Source: Paraspadella gotoi
Taxonomy: Eukaryota > Animalia > Chaetognatha
Assembly: GCA_051294375.1 (NCBI GenBank)
Contig: CM119270.1
Location: 10,695,332 to 10,726,541 of the forward strand
DNA: 31,210 bases
Direction of reading: 5' to 3'
The translations under genes were made by a program, and so were the position numbers. The notes under the pieces are model-generated. The model was not told the DNA's origin and made no database searches. It saw nothing but the letters and a program-made list of their open reading frames with translations. Shown here in pieces: positions 22,237 through 31,210 of this stretch (its first letter is position 1; the number at the start of each line of letters is the position of its first letter).

Positions 22237-22281
22237 GAGAGAGAAGAGAGAGATGAGAGAGAAGAGGAGAGAGAGAGAAGA

Positions 22282-22379
<98 letters not shown>
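22237..22379 (+). repeat. Imperfect (AG)n microsatellite
   Basis: Directly visible. Confidence 0.95.
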
Positions 22380-23235
22380 TAATGTGAGTTCCAGAGGTTA
22401 TCCTCGCTTCATGGATCATTTGGGATCATTTGGGTTCGCTGTTGCGTCGCTCTACATAAAAAACCCATAAAACATTGTCACAGTCCTGATTATCTCCTCG
22501 CGCTCCCTGTAGCTTCCAATGCTATTTTTTTTAATTCGCAAACCTTTGGTTGGAAAAAAAACCGTCAACAAACCTGGCACATCGACTACCGACCGACCGA
22601 CAAATATTTCCTTTGTATAATTTCATTATTGTAGATGAAATGCGAATTATGGAAATCAAATTTCCCAAGAGACAATTTCCACTCGATTCTGATTCAGGTC
22701 GACTACATTTTAATTTTACGATTAACACGAAGTTTAATTCGCCGTTGCCATTCGATTATTTTGCAATGCCACCCGATTTGTGTTCATGCGCTGCAATTTA
22801 CTGGTGGACTCATATTGCCATTCCAATTCATAAAATGAAATGCGAAGCGTCGTTAGGTCCTCGTATTTTTTACGTTGTGGTCCTCTTTGATGCAATAAAA
22901 TGCAAGTGAGCACTGAGCATTGAGCAATGCATACCATCCGATTTCGCAGTGAATCCGAATCGAGTGATTGGTTTTTTTATTACACTCCTGTGCAAAAAAA
23001 AAAAAAACAAAAAAAACGCGCCACTTTATAACTTTAAATTCCAGACGCTCTATAAAGACATTCTTAAAAATTATATAAAAAAATATTTTTTTTAAAAATG
23101 GAATCAATGTGTCTAAATTTTATTAAAATCGGTTTAGAGGTTTAGGAGATATCATTTTTTTTTAAAATTCGTCCATGCTATTAATGAGCACATAACTAAG
23201 AAAGTAAGCAAGCTGGATTATTGGGAATTGAAAAT

Positions 23236-23395
23236 AAAAAATATCAGCTATTTTTTTACCAAGGAGCAAAATCTGAAGTCGCTATATAAGATAATTTAGC
23301 CACAGTATATGATAATGATCAAATACTGTGGCTAAATTATCTTATATAGCGACTTCAGATTTTGCTCCTTGGTAAAAAAATAGCTGATATTTTTT
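23236..23395. repeat. Long palindrome with 73-bp perfect arms
   Basis: Arm 23236-23308 is the exact reverse complement of 23323-23395; the 14-nt spacer can pair further (TGAT/ATCA) around a 4-nt loop. Confidence 0.95.
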
Positions 23396-23756
23396 TGAAA
23401 TCCGTGTAAAAGCTTCAGAATCATGTTTCAATAATCTTAAGATTTATTAATTGAATGGAAATATTTACGTTTACATAACTGTAAACAAGTTTTATCGATA
23501 GAGAGAGATACTTCTTAGTTTTCAAACACTGTTCGGCCTATATAATATGGGTTTTCGTACCCAATTTCATGAAAAAGCTTTCATTAATGCGTTATAGCCC
23601 AAACGTCCCTTTTGATATTCGATTCGCTCTGACTCATACCCAATGTACTATACTGTAAGGATGAACTAAAATTGTACTAAACAACTCACACTTTTCATAA
23701 AATATAATCTTTTTACAGAAAGGTTCCCTATTCAAGTAATAGATTTTTTTTTTCTA

Positions 23757-24035
23757 TTCGTCATTGCTATTAAATGAGCACATTAACTAAGAAACGTAGT
23801 ACAAGCGGATTATTGGGGAAATGAAAATAAAAAATGATAGCTATTTTTTTACGCAAGGAGCAAAAATCTCAAGTCGCTAATTAAGATAACTAGCCACTAT
23901 TGATTATTGTCATTTCTTCCCTCTTGAAATGCGCGTGTAAAAGCTCCAGGAATCATGTTCCAATAACCATTAAAAGATTTCATTCTTAATGAAGATATTT
24001 ACGTTTACATAACCTGTAATACATGTTTTTATCGA
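23757..24035 (+). repeat. Indel-rich second copy of 23168-23498 lacking the palindrome's right arm
   Basis: Colinear from TTCGTC..TGCTATTAA(A)TGAGCACAT to TTTACGTTTACATAAC..TTTTATCGA; the right arm is replaced by about 11 nt. Confidence 0.85.
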
Positions 24036-24057
24036 ACGAAAGAAAACGAATATAAAC

Positions 24058-24100
24058 AATACTGATACTGGCGACCTGTGTCGGAAAAAACATGTCTATT
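24058..24100 (+). ncRNA. Degenerate minimal hammerhead ribozyme remnant
   Basis: AATA-CTGATacTGG-CGAC-CTGT-GTCG-GAAAaaa-CATGTC-TATT. Stem I (AATA/TATT), stem II and the ACATGTC signature are retained; the core is damaged. Confidence 0.5.
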
Positions 24101-24416
24101 TAAGATAAAAAATGCCTGGAGGCTTTGCGTCATGTTTGTGGATCCTGTGATACTTGTATATTGTATAACGTAATAAGATAATACATATTTCTCATCCTAC
24201 TTGGTCAGAAAAAAAAGAGAGTAGTCGAGATCATAAGTTTGACAGCCGTCCAACGACTCCACCCACAAATCATCCTTTTCGAGGGAGACGAATTGAAGAT
24301 AATAATGAAGACCAAATCGCATTGACCGAGAAAAATAGCAGATTTTCAAAGAGGCGAGAGTTTTGATCGCACACTTTGACTTCGTGAGTGTTCTTGCCGG
24401 CAATTTAAAGATTATG

Positions 24417-24493
24417 AGGAGAGAGAGAGAGAGTTAAGAGACGAGAGAGACGAGAGGAGAGAGAGAGAGAGAGACGAGAGAGAAGGTAGAGAG
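24417..24493 (+). repeat. Imperfect (AG)n microsatellite
   Basis: Directly visible. Confidence 0.9.
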
Positions 24494-25003
24494 GGTCCGC
24501 GAACCCCGCACAACACAGTACGAAGGTCACGCCACGGCATCTGCCGTCGAGTCCTTCCAAAGCTTGAGCGGGCTTCAGGGAGAGGAAAATATTTGTCGAT
24601 TGCTTACAGCAGATTCCGGCTCTAAATTCACTTTGGCTCGTCCGGTCCTTCCACCCCCCAATTGTGTCGGAATCAGTCGAAATTATGAAAACTTATGCAA
24701 AAACTGATGTCTGTCCGTCTGTCTGTCTCTCTGTCCCACCTTAGCAATAATCTTTAATTGACTCTCGTGATTGGATGGTTGGATTGGAATGAAAGTTTGT
24801 TGTGGGTAAGTGAAACTATGTGATTGAGATACATAAACATTTAGATCGAATCGTCGGAGTGAAATGAGATTAAATGGAAAACATGAAGTCACGTTTACTT
24901 GAATTCTCTTTTATTTATATTACCGTTTTGAAGAGACAGTAATAATTGTTATGTGTTAGTGACAGAACCGTTCAATATAAGCAGTCACTGAGCTTCGAAT
25001 CAG

Positions 25004-25163
25004 GCTGTAACACCATGTTACAGCGGGTTAGCGCCCCGTCGCCTTTACCTGCTAGGCGGCGCACAGGCCAGAGAACCTCCGGACCTTTGGGTTGGCAAGG
25101 TGAATGGACTTGCCTCCGGCACCAAATGGCCGCTAATGAATGGTTGGAGGATTTTAGTCCACC
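25004..25163. other. GC-rich, highly base-paired island (candidate structured RNA)
   Basis: Helices: GCTGTAACA/TGTTACAGC, TTAGC/GCTAA, CGTCGCCT/AGGCGGCG, GGCCA/TGGCC, TTTGG/CCAAA and GGCAAG/CTTGCC, plus crossing CCTCC/GGAGG. Confidence 0.45.
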
Positions 25164-25544
25164 ATAACTTCATAATTTACTTGGAATTAATCAAAATTGA
25201 TAGTGATTAGATGTGATAAAATTTTGTGTTTTGTGTTTTGATAGAATTGTGGCTTGTGGAAATAATAGTTTAAATGAAAAAAAAACAAAAAAAAAAAACA
25301 AACATTACATTTATCTTGAATTTTTTTAAATTTTATAGTTTTCTGTCACACTCTCTCTGAGATAAAATGATAGATTGGCTGATTAATCAGTTGTTTTGAA
25401 TGAATTGATTGATAAATTTTTATTAAATTAATAATTGATTATTATTACATCTACTATTATTGGCATCATTATAAATATAAATCATATATCGTAAATAAAT
25501 TCTGAACATCTGCTTCTATGAATGATTATCAATGAGTTGAACTA

Positions 25545-25569
25545 NNNNNNNNNNNNNNNNNNNNNNNNN
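25545..25569. other. 25-N assembly gap with duplicated flanks
   Basis: TCAATGAGTTGAACTA before the gap and TCAATGAGTGACTA after it. Confidence 0.9.
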
Positions 25570-26475
25570 TCAATGAGTGACTATTATCTTGATAATAAAT
25601 GACTATCATCGCAACCATAATTTGTCTTCTACTATAATCGCCTTAAGAAATCATTATTATTGTATCAATAAATCTTTAACATAGCCAGGTGAATAAACAA
25701 GACTGTAAGAGAATCTTGAAAGCTTGCTATCTTGTAAGAGTGATGGAAGCCTTAAACCACCAAAGCCTGTCCAAAGGCAGTGGCAAGATAACTTAACTAT
25801 TAATTGAATGAATAATTTTTATATTGGTTGTACCATTTTCATAGCGAAATGATCGTAAATTGCATGTTTAAAAAATTATTCAAATTGAAAAAAATTAAGC
25901 AAGTTGAAAAAATGAAGCAAGTTGAAAAATTATTATTATTATGATTTATTTTATTATGATCTGTTATGATCTGTAAAGATCACAAAGAATTGTCGTGATT
26001 ATCATCTGTTTAGCATATTACCGCTAAATTATCGTAGGCAAATCCGACATTGTTTGTTCAAACTTGTTTAGTGAGAAACGATTCAGATTTTTCACCGGAA
26101 TTAGCGGTTGAATGGAAGCCAAGGATATAAGAATACAAAAAAATGTTTTACTTTTTGGGTTAATTGAAGTCTTGGTGAAGCTTTTCCTTACGGCTTAAAA
26201 GCCTTAAATTTTTGATTATTCAGAAATAAAAAAAAAACACGACGAAGACTTTGAGTGGATGACAGCATCAACAACAACGACAACCTAACCCACGCGAATC
26301 CAAGGCAACCGTAAACAAACTCTTGATATCGTTCACTCGTCGATTTAGTCGTCTTCGTCGTTTTCATCGTCGTTCTCGTCGTCGTCGTAAGGGACTAGAA
26401 AAACCCAGTCCAGCGCCTTTTAACGGCGGTGAATTTGAAAATCAAAACAAACAAAGAGAGCGGGAAAAGGAAAAG

Positions 26476-26490
26476 AGGAGAGAGAGAGAG

Positions 26491-26568
<78 letters not shown>
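26476..26568 (+). repeat. (AG)n microsatellite
   Basis: Directly visible. Confidence 0.95.
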
Positions 26569-26572
<4 letters not shown>

Positions 26573-26679
26573 AGCTGACTTCGTGTCAGTTTTCATGTCC
26601 TTCCTCTCGTTGACAAATCCGGCGTCAGGTTTAGATGTCAAGAAGACAAACAAAGGCAAGAGTGACGGCGACGACATCG

Positions 26680-27787
26680 ACAAAGTCTACGACGAAGACG
26701 ACGAAAACGAAAACAAAGACAAACAAAGATGACAACGACGAAAATGATTAAGACGTCTGAGATGAGATACGTACTAATGTCTAATGAGAAGGTTGATGTT
26801 CATATTGATTCTTTTCTTTTATTCCGCTATTCAGTCGACTCGTTTCTTATATATTTTTTGCTTTTCTGTTTAGTTCTATCCTCTTTTCTATTTAGTACTG
26901 ACTTCTTCTCTATTTAGTCCTCTCTTCTTTTCTATTCTGTCATCTCCTCTTCTCCATTCAATCCTTTCTTTCCTTTTCTTGTGTTTTCTTTTCCTTTCTC
27001 TCTCTCTCATCCCCAAGAAACAACGATTCTCATCTCCCATCTACTACTTTGCCATCTCACAACGTTATTATTTCCCTTAAACCTAACCCCCCCAAGTCCT
27101 GACCGCCTTCCCTCCTTTACCCTTTTCAACGCCTCTTCGACGCCCTCCGCCCTGCGCCCTGAGCCCTCCGCCCTCCACCCTCCGCCCTCCGCCTTTCTCC
27201 TGTTTTTCCGTTCTCTTGTTTCCTCTTCTTTTCTTCTTCTATTCGACATTAAATTCTTAAAATCTTCAGCCTCTATATCTACAGTAAACTGCTACGTATT
27301 CGAAAGCTTGATAGAGATGGAGTCAATTTCGGACTTATCACCATTTTGTTTTACGCTATTCACAAAAAAAGACCGACTTTTTCGTTCTTGTTTAAAATAT
27401 AAAACCCGATTTCCTTACTAAAAATTAAAAAGAAGCAACTATAATATGAAACCCTTTAACGTCTCACCAATCTCCCTCCTCCTCTTTTCGCCTCGTTTCT
27501 TCGTCTACTCCTCCTCTTCCTCCTCCTCTTCCTCCTCATTTCACTCTCTCTCGACTTTGCTCTTTCGAAACTCGGAGCTCAACGATTCTGCACCAGAATC
27601 TCTTTCGTCTCGCTCTCCCTCCGTCTCTCTTGTCTTGCTCTCCCTTGGTCGTTCTTATCGAACTCCCTCGCTCTTTCACTCTATCTCTCACTTTCGTCTT
27701 TTTCACACATTTTTTTCGTCTTTTGTCAATGAATGATTTTGTATTGGCTATAATCTAATCGGAAATTCGTCATCAACAGTGTCTCTC

Positions 27788-27821
<34 letters not shown>

Positions 27822-28808
27822 NNNNNNNNNNNNNNNNNNNNNNNNNACAGTCACGACGAAGACGACGCCACGCAGCACCGATGACCGACCCCCGTGATTA
27901 GCAGTCTGGCTGAGATCCGTATCATTCTATGAGGAGGTTGTGTTCATTTGTTCTTTTTTTAATTCCGCTCATTCAGTCGCTCGTTTCTTTTATATTTTTT
28001 GTTTTCTGTTTAGTTCTCCTCTTTTCCTTTTAAGTCTGATTCTTCTCTAATTTAAGTCCTCTCTTCTTTCTATTCTGTCTCTCCTCTTCTCCATATCCTT
28101 TCCTTTTCTTTCTTGTGTTTTCTTTTCCTTTCTCTCTCTCTCATCCCAGACCACGATTCATCTCCCTCTTCTACTTTGCCATCTCCCACGTTATTTTTCC
28201 CTAACCTACCCCCAGTCCTGACCCTTCTCTTACCCTTTCCACGCTCTTCGACGCCCTCCGCCCTGCGCCCTGAGCCTCCGCCTCCGCCTCCGCCTCCGCC
28301 TCCGCTTTCTCCTGTTTTTCCGTCTCTTGTTTCCTGTCTTTTCCTTCTTCTATCATTATTCTATCTTCAGCCTCTTTATCTCAGTACTGCTACGGTATTC
28401 GAGCTTTATGAGGATGGTCATTTCGGCCCTTTCACCACTTTTGTTTACGCTATTCACAGACGATTTTTCGTGTTTTTTTCACTGGCCCTTTATTTGGTGT
28501 TTTAATTACCGATTCCTTACTATTAGGCCATTATATTGACCGTTTACGTCTCCCATTCCTCCTCCTCTTTTTCGCTCGTTTCTTCTTCTACTCCTCCTCT
28601 TCTCTCCTCTTCTCCTCATTTCATCTCTTCGACTTGCTCTTTTCGACTCGGCTCACGATTCTGCACCGTCTCATTCGTCTCGCTCTCCTCCGCTCTCTTG
28701 TTTGCTCTCCCTTGGTCGTTCTTATCGACTCCCTCGCTTTTTTCTCTCTATCTCCCACTCTCGTCTTTCCATTTTTGTCTTTACTATTATCGGATTCGTC
28801 TCATGTCC

Positions 28809-28860
<52 letters not shown>

Positions 28861-28897
28861 TCTCTCTCTCTCTCTTCTCTCTCTCTCTATCTCTCTC
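26680..28897 (+). repeat. ~1.1-kb tandem duplication across a 25-N gap (27822-27846), likely an assembly artefact
   Basis: 26680-27821 is colinear with 27847-28897; differences are mostly single-base indels, especially loss of A, and are worst near the gap. Confidence 0.9.
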
Positions 28898-29149
28898 ACC
28901 CCACGAGGAGAGGGAGGCCCGTCAATTCGATGCGCCTCCCGCGTCATTTAAATATATCACGCTGCTTCTTCGTCTCCCGCATTAGTTGATGGTCGCTGTT
29001 GTTTGCTGTTGCAACGGATGCCCTCATTTCCGTCGTTGCAGCTGGATTGCAGGAAACCGGGTTGCTGTTGTTTATTCGATCTCGGAATCCACGAAAAAAA
29101 AATCATGTAAAATCTGTTTTGCGCGTTCAGGTGGTGGTAGTGGTGGTGG

Positions 29150-29410
29150 NNNNNNNNNNNNNNNNNNNNNNNNNNNNNNNNNNNNNNNNNNNNNNNNNNN
29201 NNNNNNNNNNNNNNNNNNNNNNNNNNNNNNNNNNNNNNNNNNNNNNNNNNNNNNNNNNNNNNNNNNNNNNNNNNNNNNNNNNNNNNNNNNNNNNNNNNNN
29301 NNNNNNNNNNNNNNNNNNNNNNNNNNNNNNNNNNNNNNNNNNNNNNNNNNNNNNNNNNNNNNNNNNNNNNNNNNNNNNNNNNNNNNNNNNNNNNNNNNNN
29401 NNNNNNNNNN
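29150..29410. other. Assembly gap
   Basis: N run flanked by (GTG)n and poly-T. Confidence 0.99.
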
Positions 29411-29731
29411 TTTTTTTTTTTTTACCGTCATTTTTTATGTCGACCGATCATCAATATTCTGTTCTTCGATTTTTGAAAAGTAAAAAAGTAAAAATTTAAA
29501 AATAAAGTTGTAAAGTTACAAATCGTCATCTTCAAATTATTTTGTTTCTCTTCTCCTTTCCTCACTCTTGTCTTGCAAAAACAAAAAAATTCAGTCGAAG
29601 CTTAGTCATTCTCTCTCTCTCTCTCTCGCTCTATATGAAATAAACGTCAAGAAAGTTTTTTCCGCGTCCGTCAAGGAGACGCCTGGCCACAGCAACGGAA
29701 GTGTGATCGGAATATTGCTCCAACGACGTAG

Positions 29732-29733
<2 letters not shown>

Positions 29734-29766
<33 letters not shown>

Positions 29767-30031
29767 NNNNNNNNNNNNNNNNNNNNNNNNNNNNNNNNNN
29801 NNNNNNNNNNNNNNNNNNNNNNNNNNNNNNNNNNNNNNNNNNNNNNNNNNNNNNNNNNNNNNNNNNNNNNNNNNNNNNNNNNNNNNNNNNNNNNNNNNNN
29901 NNNNNNNNNNNNNNNNNNNNNNNNNNNNNNNNNNNNNNNNNNNNNNNNNNNNNNNNNNNNNNNNNNNNNNNNNNNNNNNNNNNNNNNNNNNNNNNNNNNN
30001 NNNNNNNNNNNNNGAGAGAGAGAGAGAGAGA
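29734..30031 (+). repeat. (AG)n microsatellite containing an assembly gap (29767-30013)
   Basis: AG repeats on both sides of the N run. Confidence 0.95.
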
Positions 30032-31210
30032 AATAGGTTCACCGCAAATGGCAAATCGTAAAAATCGTACGATGATAAATTCTAATCCTGCAGAATTTTT
30101 CCCCTTTAGAAAAAAAAAATTGCGAAATTTCCGTTGAAAGAAACAATTTTTTCGATACCTCACCTTTTAGCTTTCTTACTTATTTACCCAGCCTTATTTA
30201 GACATTGTTAAAAAGAAAAATGACATAGCTTTTTAGAATTTGCCCAAGTATATAGTTTTTTATATTCTGCTCTTCCTTGTGATTGTGAGTTCGAATTTCT
30301 TATTGCCTCGTTTTCACTCCGAGATTAATACCACTGGTTCTCAGTCTATAGCCGAGTTTCGCAAATGAAAGAAGTGAGAACGGGCCGAGTTCGCCACTTT
30401 CAATGGCTGACTTACTAATTGTCTCAGCGGAACAATGAACAATGAACAATGAACTGCAGGATTTCCACTTAAGTTGTTTCATGTCTCGTCTCTCTCTCTC
30501 TCTCTCTCTCGATCGTTCTCTCTCGCTCTCTCTCCCCCTTTCCCTACCGCCGCCTCGGGCCTCGGGAGTCAAGGTTGATCGCGCGATTTACAAAGAACCG
30601 GATTTTGCTCATCAGCTTCCTCCTCCTCTTCCTCCTCCTCCTCGACCTCCTCATTTTCCTCGTCCTCTTCCCGTTCCTCAATTCTTTCTTGATTACCGTA
30701 AAATCATGAAATCATCGCCAGAAACTCGTTACACCAATTTCTTGCTCTTCCTCCTCCTCCTCCTCTTCCTCTTCCTCCTATTCGTCAACGATCGAATGAT
30801 TTGTTTTTCGTCAAAATCTGAAGCGAAGAATTTCAATTTAATTCAACCGACAATCTGGCAATGTCTAATAATTATAAAATAACTACAAAAAAAGAAGTAA
30901 AAAACAATTTATTTCTATTTCTTACAATCGCTTACAAAACTTCGAACCTATTAAACCTCTAATTCTTTTGTCTATAAAGAAGAGAGAAGAGGATATCAAC
31001 CGAAACCTTTTAATGTCCTCGCTCAACCTTTTCGTCTATTTAACTAACACGTTCGTTACAGAAAACAACGCCTCTCAGTTTAAGAACAACAACAAAACAA
31101 AAAACAACAACAAAACAAAAACAAGACAAAACAAACTTAAAAAAAATCGTTCGTTCGTCTCAAGGAGTCATTGCGACCAAAAAATCCTTTCGAAAAAAAA
31201 GAAAGAAAGA

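Larger units (their letters stand above)
24665..26068. mobile_element. Dispersed repeat copy B, probable Helentron/DINE-1-like element with internal insertions and a gap
   Basis: Same left and right blocks as 5118-5722; (GTCY)n at 24709-24727; short inverted TGTCGGA (24665) / TCCGACA (26043); ends in CTTGTT. Confidence 0.55.

Noticed and set aside
24209-24390. Possible plus-strand exon (EKKESSRDHKFDSRPTTPP...)
   Set aside because: In-frame stop before the GTGAGT donor, no recognisable homology and an error-prone region.
25025-25031. Telomerase RNA template (CTAACCC on the minus strand)
   Set aside because: Only 7 nt, with no adequate alignment region, and it lies at the 3' end of the island on that strand.

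Overview
AT-rich, repeat-dense eukaryotic DNA, most likely an invertebrate intron or intergenic region (CpG is not depleted; the organism cannot be identified). No intact host protein-coding gene is recognisable, and almost all listed ORFs are artefacts of about 22 (CT/AG)n microsatellites or other low-complexity DNA. The window is a mosaic of mobile-element debris: (i) three minimal type-I hammerhead-ribozyme motifs of the Penelope-like-element (PLE) kind, one inside a 173-bp insert with 15-bp direct and 15-bp inverted repeats; (ii) a degenerate PLE ORF N-terminus; (iii) an LTR-like unit followed by about 43 nt complementary to mature tRNA-Leu, far longer than a normal PBS; (iv) a frameshifted LINE ORF2 fragment; (v) a probable Helentron/DINE-like family (2 long copies and 1 end), one copy carrying a highly structured GC-rich island; (vi) a TIR-bounded MITE-like element; (vii) a 73-bp-arm palindrome. 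The last ~8 kb has four N gaps and noisy duplications that look like long-read gap-filling artefacts.
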